NCBI GenBank assembly: GCA_964016885.1
Contig: OZ024746.1
Span: 49,972,001-50,036,000 of the forward strand
Source of the DNA: Eledone cirrhosa
Taxonomy: Eukaryota
Length of the DNA stretch: 64,000 nt
Direction: 5' to 3'
Shown: piece by piece, positions 14,811 through 28,361 of the stretch
Layout of the letters: each line of letters starts with the position of its first letter
Numbering within the stretch: the stretch's first letter is position 1
Made by a program: the position numbers and the translations under genes
The notes under the pieces: generated by a model
What the model was told of the DNA's origin: nothing
Databases searched by the model: none
The model's input: only the letters and a program-made list of their open reading frames with translations

Positions 14811-15007
14811 GAGTTCAGAAAAAAAAGAGAGAAAAAAAACAACATCAACAACAAAACAAAACATCATTTCTATTGTTAAGTAATAATTCGTGAATTCGAA
14901 TTTATCTAAATTGTCCCTTTCATTCTTTATTCACTTTATTTTAACACTCAATTCCATCAGTTCAATGAACTGATTCATCTAGCAGGGTAGCACTCATATA
15001 TACATAT

Positions 15008-15120
<113 letters not shown>

Positions 15121-15148
15121 TATATATATGTATATATACATATATATA

Positions 15149-15205
<57 letters not shown>

Positions 15206-15229
15206 GTAAATATATATAGATATATATAC

Positions 15230-15304
<75 letters not shown>

Positions 15305-15380
15305 TATATATATGTATATATACATATATATATATATGTATATATACATGTAAATATATATGTAAATATATATAGATATA

Positions 15381-15501
15381 GTGAAGGCGTGTGGCTGAGT
15401 GGTTAGAGAACTGGATTCGCAATCGTGAGGTCGTGAGTTAGATTCCTGGACCAGGCGATGCGTTATGTCCTTGAGCAAGACACTTTATTTCACGTTGCTC
15501 C
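15381..15501 (+). mobile_element. 5' part of a tRNA-derived CORE-like SINE (octopus OR-like)
   Basis: Box A TGGCTGAGTGG, box B GAGTTAGATTCC, CORE-like TGTCCTTGAGCAAGACACTT. Confidence 0.7.
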
Positions 15502-15630
15502 TTCTACCTGGAGTTGCGACCGATAGATAGTATTAGCAATTGGAAAGACCAACGGAAGCATTGTTTCCTCGGTCCGATTTGACGAAAGTCGATCGTTAGG
15601 AATATATAGATATATATAGATATATATATG

Positions 15631-15693
<63 letters not shown>

Positions 15694-16653
15694 AATATAT
15701 GTATATATATACGTATAATGTTATATATATATATATATGTATGTAATATATATATATATATATGTATGTATATATATAAAATATTATATATACGTATAAT
15801 GTTAAATATATATATATATATATACATAATCTATAAATTAAATCTGAAACCGAAATTAGTCAGATTTTTCTCTAAATTAATCGAGTTAACTAAATAATTG
15901 GGGAAAAAAGAAGAAATAAAAAAGTTAAACACAAAAAAAAAAAGAAATGATAATCTATCGGAAGTGTCGGTTGCCATTAGAAGTAACGCAATCCTGAAAT
16001 ATATATTTTTTCCTGGCTTAACGTGTTTCTAACGTATATATGCATTTAATTTATTTTATCATATATTTATTTTATCATATAATTTATTTTATCATATAAT
16101 ATTTATTTTCATAGTTTGCTATCCGTGACACCGACGTATTCCGGCTACTTATGGTTAACTAAAAATCTAAATATACACAAATCAACCACAAAAAAGCAAT
16201 ATAATAAGCAAACTATAATTCAACAGCATATATTCTGAGAAAATAAGACTATTTTTCTTTTCTGTGAATCCATCTACATTGTTTATGCTCCTAGCATGCA
16301 GCTTCGCGTGAATTATGCTTTGTTTCAACGAAACCGCTATTGTAAGAATAACAATATTACAAGAAAAAAAGAAAAATGAGTAAAACAAACAAACAATAAT
16401 ATAACAAAACACATCAGAAAAAACAACCAAACAAAAATGGCAGCATCTATGATAACAACAACAAAAAACCGCACTAAAGAAAAATAAAAAGGAACTGAAT
16501 ATTTTCAGCAGTAAAAACCCCAAAACATTTCCATCAGAAGCAAATAAGAAAGAATTACAGCAGATGTATGTGTTGCATACTCTGAATTATAAAAATAGAA
16601 CATAATTCGAATCTATTCATCATAGATTCGTGACTTAGAAATGACAGATTAAA

Positions 16654-16728
<75 letters not shown>

Positions 16729-17025
16729 CAATCACACACACACACACATATATATATATGTATATATATATATATGTGTGTGTGTGTATGTATATATATA
16801 TATATTATGTATATGTGTATATATACATATATATATATTATATGTATATGTATATATATTTGTTTATATATATATATATACATATATATATATGTGTGTG
16901 TATATATTATATGTATATATATATATATATATATGTTTATATGTATATATGTAAACGTATGTATATATATTATATATATATATATATATATTATATGCAT
17001 ATATATATATATATTTGTTTATATT

Positions 17026-17089
<64 letters not shown>

Positions 17090-17190
17090 GCATATATATA
17101 TATATATGTTTATGAATTTGTTTTGCAAGGTTTTTGACATGAAACCGTGTGTCGAAACAAATATTGTTATAGCATAACAATATATATATA

Positions 17191-17836
17191 GGTAAATTTC
17201 TTTAAGTCGTTTGGAAACCTCGACAATGCAAATGGGTAAATATCCGGGTAACAAGATCCGGTGGTGGAGAGAGAGATGTAAGTGTGTGTACGTTGAGATG
17301 CGTGGCGTGTATAAGACGTGTAGAGGAATGAAGAAAAGAGCGTAAAGGATAAAAATAAAAATAACAACACGAGAGGGAGTTACTTTGGGAGAGATTTAAT
17401 TGTCCCTATATATTTCGGATTCACAACCATCAACTGGGGTTTTTTTCCGGGGTGGGGGAAAGGTTTTGATATTCAAAACAACGAACAGCGGAGGACACGT
17501 TTCGCACCTTTCCGACAGACAACCTTTCCCCCACCCCGGAAAAAAACACCAGTTGATGGATGTTAATCCGAAATATATAGGGACAATTAAATCTCTCCCA
17601 AAGTAACTCCCTCTCGTTTTGTTATTTTTATTTTTATCCTTTACGTTCTTTCCTTCATTCCTCTACACGTCTTATACACGCCACGCATCAACGTACACCC
17701 ACTTACAGCTCTCTCTCCACCACCGGATCTTGTTACCCGGAGATTTACCCATTTGCATTGTCGAGGCTTCCAAACGACTTAAAGAAATTTACCTTATTAT
17801 TCCACAATGCTTCAAGCAAACTTCAATACTTTCTCA
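17191..17836 (+). mobile_element. Inverted pLTR pair (17191-17465 / 17521-17793) in (TA)n with degenerate minimal HHR
   Basis: About 275-bp inverted repeat; CC CAGTTGA T GGAT GTTA ATCC GAAA TATA TA GGG near 17548-17583. Confidence 0.6.
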
Positions 17837-18236
17837 TATATATATATATATATATGCATGTATGTGTGTGTATTTCTATCATAGGACATGGATTTTTATG
17901 TTTGCATATTGCAACAAGATTAAAACACCTTTTAGCCATAAAAAATATATATGTTGTAAATAGATATATTTTCTATTAAGAGTGTAAATGTTTCCTATTT
18001 TCTCTAACATCAACATATGCCCAAAGTGAAGTGTTTCCACATGTTTTCATTGCTTTAAGCTTGTATTCACACACACACACATACACAAATATATATATAT
18101 AAACATGTATATATGTGAGTGAATACGTGTTTTTTTGCACGTGTGAGTGAGTATACATTATGTAGGTGTTTTTCTATTTTGCTATGTGTGTATTAAGATT
18201 AATTAACGTTTACATATATATATATATATATACTTA

Positions 18237-18269
<33 letters not shown>

Positions 18270-18296
18270 CATATATATATATATATATCAATCCTA

Positions 18297-18363
<67 letters not shown>

Positions 18364-18367
<4 letters not shown>

Positions 18368-18564
18368 ATTTTATAGAAGGAGCTTCTACAGGACTAGTAC
18401 TGTTTCATTCAGATGAAATCTTCAGGAAGCACCTGAAGATTTCATCTGAATGAAACAGTACTAGTCCTGTAGAAGCTCCTTCTATAAAATAAAAAATGTT
18501 TACTCTGCCTTGTATTGAGTACCTTACTTACTGTGGTTATCCCCGACTCAACCCGGGACCTACG
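18364..18564 (+). mobile_element. 200-bp fold-back HHR mini-element in (TA)n, related to the pLTR of the 42517-49080 PLE
   Basis: Perfect 63-bp arms 18364-18426 / 18432-18494, loop AAGCA; tail homologous to 42517-42580. Confidence 0.85.
18382..18430 (-). ncRNA. Type I hammerhead ribozyme (complete); plus-strand twin 18433-18476 lacks the 5' strand of stem I
   Basis: GCTTC CTGAAGA tTTC atct GAAt GAAAC AG tactagtc CT GTA GAAGC. Confidence 0.8.
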
Positions 18565-18641
18565 TATATATATATATGTAAATATATATATATGTATATA
18601 TATATAAATATATAAATATATATATATACATATATATATAC

Positions 18642-18674
<33 letters not shown>

Positions 18675-19258
18675 AATATATATATAAATATATATATAAA
18701 TATATATATGTGTGTCTGTGTGTGTGCGTGAGGTGTGTGTGTGATGTTTGTGTGTGTGTGTGTGTGTGCCCATACATACGTGTATTTGTGCGTGCTTCTA
18801 TGTGCATAGTAAATGCTGAAATGCTAATTTGAGGAGACTCTAACTGCTACGGCTGGTTTGTTAATTTTTTAACCCAATTTCGCATTACCTGTCTTTTTTT
18901 ATATGTTGCCTCGGGCGAAAAAGTGTATGTACATAAATCTAAGTTTTCTTTTGCGTTTCAAGTGCCTGCCATTAATATTCCACTAACTCTATAATGTAAT
19001 TATCTATTAATTCATTCTTCCACTAATTGACCTCTGTATCTATCTCTGGGATGGACACACGCGTATAACTTGCTGAGTAAGTTGTGTTTAAATTTCTATA
19101 GAGATTCTTGTCTGTAAACTTTAATTTTTGTACCATTTTGTAGAGGCACTGCCAGGTCAAACTTTAATCTGGTCAGTCTCTCAAAATATTCTACGCCTTT
19201 AGGCGAAATAGTTAAACAAAAAAAGTTTTTTCTTGTTGAAAAGTTAACATTTTTTAAA

Positions 19259-21049
19259 ATGGCTGAAGCTTCTTCACCAAAATTCGAAGGAGGAAAGGGG
19301 AAGATAAACTTACAGCTTCCCCCTGCCACTGTCACAGTAGCAGAGGTCAAAAAGAAAGGTCAGCCAGAGGAAAGATTTTCTCCACCTGTTGACCGACAAC
19401 TTGACGTTGCCATGGCAACAACCCAAAGAACCAGCGGCACCAGCAACAGCAACAACAACAACAATGCGACGGACAAAAACAACACCAATAACAATAACAA
19501 CAACAACAAGACCAATAACTGTGATAACAACAACAATGATAACAACAACACCACCAACTACAACAGCAACACAAACAAAACAAATTTCTCCTTCGCCGAG
19601 ACGGCAAGGAAAACCCTCGACTATCTGCCAGTAGATATAACCAAAGCGAAGGAGCTACTGGCAGATGCCAAAAAATATATAGTGTACGGGGAAAATGGTT
19701 CATTCACGATCCATTCCCCCCCCCCCCCGGAACTAAAAAGCCAGTGACTCCTAAACACTGTCATGTTTAGGACAATCTCGAATAAAAGCAAAAAACCAGC
19801 TCAACCATCACAGAGTGAGATAGAGCTGGTTTTAAAAGACGTCATGAAGGACATCACCTTCATTCAGAAGGATAGACTCTACGGGAGTCTATCCATTCTC
19901 ATGAAGGACAGGGACACAGCAGTGAAACTGTCCATCAAACCAATCACATCCACCGCATACACCTTCTACCCTACGTACATGGGTAGAAGAACACAAAAAA
20001 TAAAAATCCACACCATCCTGCCGATTATGGACATATGGTGGGTTTTGACAGGTTTCCTGGACCTGGATGATGACACGCTGGTGTCCATGGGAAAGGCATC
20101 GGGTGACGCGTTCAGTGGAACGAGCCTCGAACTTGTAGTTCAAATGAGGCCCGAAAGGATCGCCCAGATCCCTGAACGCGTCATACTGGATGATCAAACT
20201 TTCATCAACATTACTGTTGAGGGTAAGCGGCCCTCATGTTACCTCTGCGGAACCAGAGGTCACCTGAGGGCTGTCTGTCCCCAACTTAATAAGAAAACCC
20301 CAATCCTGCCTACACCACCAACAACTGCACAACCAACACAATCACCACAACTACCACTACAAAAACAACCACCACAGCTCAAACCAAAACAAAACAATGT
20401 CCAACCCATCCCCCCTCAAAAAACAAAAACAATTTCCAAAACACCCGCACCGCAAACACAACCCTAAAATATACCCCTCCAACGCGGAAGATGACCCTAG
20501 TTCGTCGTCAGACGAGGAGGAGCACTTCCACACAATCAAAAGAAAAAAAAGAAAACACACCTCAGACACACAAATGAAAACAAGCCCTCCCCAAAACATA
20601 ACACTGACACCAACACAAAAGAGCTCACAACAACAGCAAACAAAAAACACCACACAAAAACAAAAACATGCATACACATACATAAACACAAGAAACAAAA
20701 AACTGTTAAACATTGTGTACAACAACAATCTAATAAAAACCCAAGGGCCTAACTTCACCCAGGCAGGGGATTTCCCCCACCTCAAAATGATTAAGGCCCC
20801 ACAGGACACCTATAAAACTTTAAAAACAACTTTAAAGAGGACGTGGGTCCCCCCTGCGTCGGGCCCATTAACCGCGTCCTCCTAAAAAACTACCCCACCC
20901 CCTCCTCAAACACCCACACAACTCCAAACTCCCCAACCACACAACACACTGATGCCCCTACACTTCCACAAACCACCACCCCACCCAACAACCCATCCCC
21001 CACCCTAATGGAAATTGTGCAGCCCGATACCCGGGACGCAGAGAGGTAA
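19259..21049 (+). pseudogene. Tx1 ORF1 (gag-like RNA-binding protein), frameshifted
   Basis: Segments 19259-19747, 19763-20467, 20397-20885, 20843-21049; CYLCGTRGHLRAVC = CX2CX4HX4C. Confidence 0.85.
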
Positions 21050-21073
21050 GTGCCTTTTCTCTTCACCACCAAC

Positions 21074-24000
21074 ATGGCTATGCTAAGAGTAGGCTGTTTA
21101 AATGCGCGTGGCCTGGGCTCAGCTTGGAAGCAAGCAATGCTTCTAAATGACCTCAGGTCACAACGTATAGATGTGATGGTTATTTGCGAGGCCCGGATCA
21201 GCAACGTGCGACAGCTGGCCCCCACCTTTGATGACTTTGAGATGCACGCATCTCTCTGTCAGCCCGGAGGTGGGGGTGGGGTTGTCGTTCTGCTGCAAAA
21301 ACATCTGGGTCTCGCAACACAGATGGTATATTTGGACCCGGAGGGTCGACTAGTGGTTCTGGACCTTGGCAGTGGTAAAGGCGGAGCGTTTAGGTTGGTA
21401 GCCGCCTACGGCCCTTTCGGGTCAATGCGGCCGGACTTCTTCCATCGTCTGGAGACTTTTCTAGGGACGTCCCGCTCCTTGTTATTAGTGGGGGATTGGA
21501 ATGGTATCCTAGATACACGCTGGGACTACGTAGGGGCTTGTCCCGATAGAGAGGGGTGTAATAGCCTCAAAGGGTTAATCGGTCGATTTGACCTGGCCGA
21601 TAGATATCGACTAGATTTTCCGACTGCGCCAACCTGGACTTGGGCAAATCGTAGCGGATCATCTAGGTCGTACCTAGATAGGTTCTTAGTTAGAATTAAG
21701 GATAAGGACTTTTTAAGTTGTCCAAAAATGCGCATGGTTGGCTATTCAGACCACAAATTAGTGACCTGCATGGTCAACCTTGACAGAACTCATAGACAGG
21801 GACCCGGTTACTGGAAGCTCAACTTGTCCTTACCGGCAAGTAAGGCTTACAGGGACCGGATTAGCACTTTAGTTAAGGAGCGGTTGACGGGCGCCATCGT
21901 CAACAGCAGGTGGTGGGGATCTCTCAAAAGAGAGATTAGAGTAGTCTCTATAGAATTTAGTAAGGAGTTAGCCTCAAATAGAAATAAGAAGGAAAGGGAG
22001 TTGGTAGATAGTGTAGAAGAGGCAATTAGAAGCGGCGACGTGGCCAGAGTGCGAGCGTCGAGAACGGCCCTGGGCCAGTTCTTCGACGCGAAACACGAAG
22101 GCTGCATCGTCCGAAGCAAAACACGTGCTCTGGGAAACGAGGGGACCAAAGCTGTTAGCTGCGCCCGCGTGACAGAAGCCAAAAGAGGGAGCAGATCCAC
22201 TATCCGGTCTTTGTGAGACCAGAATGGACGGGTGATCCTTAAACCTAAGCAGATGTGCGAGGCTTTTCAAAAGCACCATGCCGAATTGTTCGGAAGAGGC
22301 GGGGAGCCGGATGGGGATGTGGACTTCGGTCCATACCTTGACGGCCTCCCGCGTCTCTCGGACAGGGAGGCGAAGTCCTGTGAGGAGCCGATTTCAGCCG
22401 CTGAGATAGAGGACGTGCTGAGCCAATGCGGCAAACGCAAATCCCGGGTCTCGATGGTCTTCCATACGAACTATATATATATCTAGCTATGTCGGACTTG
22501 TTCCCCGATCTCCTCGAGGCGGTCTACTGCAACTGGCAACAGAACGGGAGAATTCCCTGTGCTGTGACCAAGGGCATAGTCACGCTAGTGAGGAAGGACG
22601 AGAACAAGGGGGACGATATAAATAATTTCAGGACCATAACTCTGCTAAATACAGAGTTACAGATTTTGGCCAAGGTGCTAGCAAAGAGGTTGGCGCTTGT
22701 CGTGGGCAACCTGGTGGGAGATGCGCAGACATATGCTATCCCGTCCAGGTCCATCCACGACAACCTCCACCTCATGCGATACATCATAGAGAGGGTTGGG
22801 AACGAACCCGGCTTTGGTGGGGCCCTGATCAACTTGGATCAATCTAAGGCATTCGATAGGGTCAACCATGGTTACCTGGATGCGGTGCTAGCGGCGGCAG
22901 GTTTCGGACCCGTTTTCAGGGGCTGGATCAATGCCATGCACAGCAGCCGCATCTGCTCTAGGGTCAAGGTGAACGGCTACTTCTCGGAGCCGTTCGGATT
23001 CGCGCGGTCCATCCGACAGGGGTGCCCTCTCTCCTCCCTTCTGTATGTAATGACTCTAGAGCCATTGCTGCGGAAGTTTGAGTTGTTGCAGGGCATCCCC
23101 TTCGAACCGGGATTGCGGAAAGCGGTGTCAGCCTACGCTGATGACGTAACAATAATGGTGTCGACGGCCTCGGAAATCGGGGCGATCGGCACCTTACTGG
23201 AGGAGTACGAAAGGTTTACAGGGGCTAAGCTGAACCGGGACATGCCCTCCGATGGCGTCGTCGGGCGCTGGACGGAGGGCCCGGGGAAGTTGCTCGTGGT
23301 CTGGTTCGGACCAGACCTCCAGGTGGAGAAGAACTGGGGTGAGGTAACGAACAGGGTGTTTGCACTGACCCAGAAGTGGGCCGAGTGAAAACTGTCCCTG
23401 AAAGGTCGGGCGAAGGTGGCGAACACTTATATAGCGTCCGTCATTTACTACCGCCTGACCGTTGTGCCTTGCCCAAGGGAAACGCTCGCCAAAATGGACC
23501 GCGCACTCTTCCAATTCCTTTGGAAGAAGCGGGCTCCTATGGTGAGGAGATCCATCTGCTGTCAACACCCTTCGAAAGGAGGGCTGGGGATGCCGTGGCT
23601 AATGATACGTAAACACGCATTAAGGCTACGGCACCTTCAGGTATTCCTCTCCGGTCAACCGGTGTGGGCCCCGTTTGTGAGGCGAGCCTTTCCCAGACTC
23701 GTCTCACTCACCGAGCTGCAATCCTGGGTCAAGCAAAGACCGAGAAAACTGGGCGCCTGGCACACCGAGTGTGCCCACGCACTCACGGCTCTCTAGCAGG
23801 CGTCCCGGCTGTCAGTGGAGAATCCACCTCGTCATTCTATAGAGGGCTGGTGGTTAGCAGGTGCGACGACGCCCTCGGAGAAGCCCTAGGCATGGAGGAA
23901 GACGAACTGGCCAACCTGTTCGGTAGGACATTCAGCCCGGGACCCATGGATAACTTCCAGAGGTCCCTGGCCTGGCAATGCTACAGAAGGGCTCTGCCCG

Positions 24001-24473
24001 TTCGAGAAAGGCTCTACAGACACGGGCGCCCGGGTAGGGACCCCTCGAAAAAGATCTGTCCCAGATGCGTGTGCGACGAGGAAACCGTTGCACATGCATT
24101 GGTACACTGCTCGGGAATTGCCGATCTGTGGGGCTATGTCGAACAACTGCTGTCAAGGGTGGGACCGATCCGGTTGACCACCGAGTCTATTATAACGATA
24201 AAGCCACCTCCCCTCTTCAAAAATGAAGAAGAAGCGGTGTTTCTGTGCGTAATAGCCATGGCGAAAGAGGTTGTATGGTGGACGCGTCTGAAAGGACTGA
24301 GGTCAGACACCTTTCTCTCTGGCCAACAACTGGTCCGTTTCTTCCGATATCATTTCGGAAGAAGGATCAGGGTGGAGAGAGAGGTGCTGCACCCCAGCCG
24401 TTTTTATGAAAGATGGGTGAAAGTGGCGAGAATGGCCCGTGTGAATGGGCCTTCACTCTACATCAGACTATAG
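21074..24473 (+). pseudogene. Tx1 ORF2 (APE endonuclease, RT, C-terminal Zn finger), disrupted
   Basis: LNARGL, VGDWN, SYLDR, SDHK; PGLDGLP, LDQSKAFDRV, RQGCPLS, YADD; CPRC..ETVAHALVHC. Confidence 0.93.
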
Positions 24474-24737
24474 GTGAGGAAGATGAAAGACCAAGGGAGC
24501 ACCCCTTCTCTGTGCTCCCGAGGAAAAGGGTTGCACACTTTTTTCGGGGGTGTGTGCGACCCCCCAAGGCGCCTCCTCTCTATTGAGGACTTTGCTATAA
24601 ATTTTATTTTTTGTTATATTTTATTTTATTTTTATATATTGTTATTGCCTCCTCCTTATTGAGGACGCCTTGTTTTGTAAACTCCCCCCATTGTACTTGT
24701 CCCACTTTTGATGCCCTGGTGGCAAATAAAAGAAACA

Positions 24738-24775
<38 letters not shown>

Positions 24776-24776
<1 letters not shown>

Positions 24777-27700
24777 GTTCTGCAGCGAGCGACAGCTGAC
24801 GCCCATCTTCGATAACTATGAGATCTTCGCATCTCTATGTCAGCCGGGAGGTGGGGGCGGGGTTGCCGTTTTGCTGAGGAAACACCTGCGCCTCATAACA
24901 CAGACAGTACATCTGGACCCGGAGGGTCGACTGGTGGTCCTAGACGTTGGCGGTAGTGAAGGTGGAGCCTTCAGGCTGGTGGTCGCATATGCCCAAATTG
25001 GGAACTCCGCGGCCAGATTTCTTCAAACGTCTAGAGACTTTTCTGGGAACGTCCCACTCTTAGCTTTTAGTGGGGGACTGGAATGGAATCCTAGATGCAC
25101 GTTGGGACTATGTGGGAGCATGTTCCGATAAAGGGGGGGTGTAGAAGCCTCAAACTGGTTAATCGGCCGATTTGACCTGGCCGATAGATATCGACTAAAT
25201 TTTACGACTGTGCCACTCTGGACATGGACTAATCATAGCGGAATATCTAGATCGTACCTAGATAGGGTTCTAGTTAGAAATAAGGATAGGGACATGTTAA
25301 ACTGTCCACAAATGTTCATGGTTGCCTATTCATATCACAAACTAGTGACCTGCATGGTCAGCCTTGATAGAACCCATAGACAGGGACCCGGCTACTGGAA
25401 GCTGAACTTGTCGTTACCGACATGCAAAGCCTACAGTAGACGGATTAGCACTTTAGTTAAACAGCACTTGACAGGGGCCATTGTCAACAACAGAGTGTGG
25501 TACTCTCTCAAGAGGGAAATTAGATTAGACTCGTTAGTTTTTAGTAAAGAATTAGCGTATAGATAGAAATAGGACCGAGAAGGAACTGGTAGATAAAGTA
25601 GAAGAAGCAATTAGAAGTGGCAACGTAGCCCGCGTGCTAGAGACGAGAACGGCCTTGGACCAGTTCTTCGACGCAAAGCACAAGGGCTGCGTTGTCAGAA
25701 GCAAAATTCGTGCTCTGGGTAACGAGGGAGCCAAAGCTGTTAGCTGGGCCCGGGTGACGGAGGCGAAAAGTGGCAACAAGTCCACGATTCGGTCTTTGAA
25801 GGACCAAGACGGACGCGTGATACGTGAGCCGAAGCAGATGTGCGCAGCTTTTCAACGGCATTTTGCTCAACTGTTCGGGCAGGGCGGCGCGACGGGAGGG
25901 CTATGGATTTCTGTCCATACCTTGACGGCCTGCCGCGACTCTCGGACAGCGAGGCGAAGTTCTGCGAAAGGCCGATTTCGGCTGATGAGATAGGGGACGC
26001 GCTGAGCCAATGCGGCAAACGCAAATGTCCAGGTTTCGACGGTCTACCCTACGAATTTTACGTAGCAATGCCGGACTTGTTCTCTGTTCTCCTGGAAGCG
26101 GTCTACTGCAACTGGCAGCATAACGGGAGAATTCCCAGTTCTGTGACCAAGGGCGTAGTCTCGCGAGTCAGGAAGGACGAGAATAAGGTGGATGACATAG
26201 GCAACTTCCGGCCCATAACTCTGCTAAACACAGAGTTACAGATTTTGGCCAAGGTGTTGGCAAAGAAACTGGCACTTGCCGTCGAAACCTGGTGGGAGAA
26301 GCGCAGACATGCGCAATCCCGACCAGGTCCATACACGAAAATCTTCACCTCATGCGATACATTGTAGTGAGGGTAGGGGGTAAACCGGGCTTCAGTGGGG
26401 CCCTGATCAACTTGGATCAGTCTAAGGCTTTCGATAGGGTTGACAATCGTTACATGGATGCGGTGCTCGAGGCAGCCGGCTTCGAACCCGTGTTCAGGGG
26501 CTGGATTGCTGCAATGCACAGCAGCAACATCTGCTCAAGGGTCAAGGTGAACGGCTACCTCTCAGAGCCGTTCGAAATCGCGCGATCCAACCGACAGGGA
26601 TGCTCTCTCTCCTCCATTCTGTACGTACTGACTCTCGAGCCACTACTGCGGAAGTTTGAGCTATTGCAGGGCATCACTCTGGAACCGGGACTGCGGCAAG
26701 CGGCGTCGGACTACGCCGACGACGTGACAGTAATGGTGTCGAGCACGTCGCAAATCGAGGAAGTCGGCACCTTACTGAAGGAATACGAAAGGTTCACAGG
26801 AGCGAAGCTGAACCGGGACAAGTCCGTCGGTTTGCAACTCGGATCGTGGAGAGGCAAACCGATGCCTTCCGATGGCGTCGTCGGACGCTGGACGGAAGGA
26901 CCGGTGAAGCTGCTCGGGGTCTCGTTTGGTCCGGACCTCTAGATGGAGAAGAACTGGAACGAGGTGACGGCCAAGGTGTTTGCGATCACCCAGAAGTGAG
27001 CCGAGTGCAAACTATCCTTGAAAGGTCGAGCGGAGGTGGCGAGCATTTTTATAGCGTCTGTCATCTACTACCGCTTGACCCTCGTGCCTTGTCCTGCTAA
27101 AACGCTCACCAAAATGGAGCGCGCGCTCTTCCAATTCCTTTGGAAGAATCGGGCTCCTTTGGTGAGAAGATCCATCTGCTGCCAACACCCTTCCAACGGA
27201 GGGCTGGGGATCCCGTGGCTGACGATGCGCAAACACGCGCTCAGGCTGCAGCACCTCCACCTATTCCTCACCGGACAACCGTGTGGGACCCGTTCGTGAG
27301 GCGAGCCTTCCAACGCACTCGTCTCGCTGACCGAGCTGCAGTCCTGGGTCAAGAAAAGACCGAGGAAAATGGACGACTGGCACATCGAATGTGCTCAGGC
27401 GCTCACAGCCCTCTGGCAAACGGATCCGGCGATCAGTGGAGACTCCACTTCGTCATTCTATAGAGGATTAGTCTGCAGCAAGTGTGACGACGCGCTCGGA
27501 GAAACTCTAGGCGTAGAGGAAGACGAACTGGCGAGTCTGTTCGGTAGAAGCTTCCGCCCGGGACAAATGGACAACTTCCAAACGTCCCTGGCCCGGCAGT
27601 GCTACCGATGAGCTCTACTAGTTCGAGACAAGCTCTACAGACACGGGCGCCAGGGCATGGACCCTTCGAAAAATATCTGTCCGTCGAAAAAGATCTGTCC

Positions 27701-28280
27701 GTCGCGCACGCATTCGTACACTGCCCGGGCGTTACCGACCTGTGGGGCTATGTAGAACGACTATTGTCGCGGGTGGCACCAATCCGGTTGACCATCGAGT
27801 CCATTGTCATGATCAAACCGCCTCTTTCAAAAACGAAAGCGATGCGGTTTTGCTCTGTGTGATAGCTATGGCGAAAGAGGTTGTATGGTGGACGAGGTTA
27901 AAAGGGCTGATGTCAGACACCTTTCTCTCCGGCCAACAACTGATTCTTTTTTTCAAATACCACTTTGGAAGAAGAATCAGGATGGAGAGAGAGGTGCTGC
28001 ACCCCAGTAAGTTTTATAAAAGGTGGGTGAATGTGGCGAGAATGGCCCGAGTAAATGGGCCTTCTCTCTATATCAGCCTGTAGGTTGAGGAAAACGAGGA
28101 AGAGAGGAAGGGGGTACTCACTCTTCGTACTCCTGGAGATGAGGGTTGCACATTTTTCGGGGGTATGTGTTACCCATATGTAATGTCTGCCTTTATTGGG
28201 GAAAATCGATTGTTTTTTAAATTGCATTTGTGATAGTATTTTACACGCTTTTATGCCCCTGTGGCTAATAAAGGAACATA
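24776..28280 (+). mobile_element. 5'-truncated Tx1 family A copy (ORF2 pseudogene) inserted in the (TATC)n tail of the previous copy
   Basis: Starts within APE directly after (TATC)n; colinear ORF2 fragments to 28083; same 3'UTR and tail. Confidence 0.92.
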
Positions 28281-28361
28281 TCTATCTATCTAACTATCCA
28301 TCCAATAAAGAATGATATCAATCTATCTATCCATCTATCTATCTGTCTGTCTGTCTATCAA

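Larger units (their letters stand above)
19045..24740 (+). mobile_element. Apparently full-length Tx1/L1-clade LINE (family A), degenerate, bounded by TATC repeats
   Basis: TATCTATC at 19037-19044, ORF1 with CCHC knuckle, ORF2 APE-RT-Zn, structured 3'UTR, AATAAA, (TATC)n tail. Confidence 0.92.

Noticed and set aside
15385-15455. tRNA gene
   Set aside because: A and B boxes run into a CORE-like domain with no acceptor stem, so it is a SINE head
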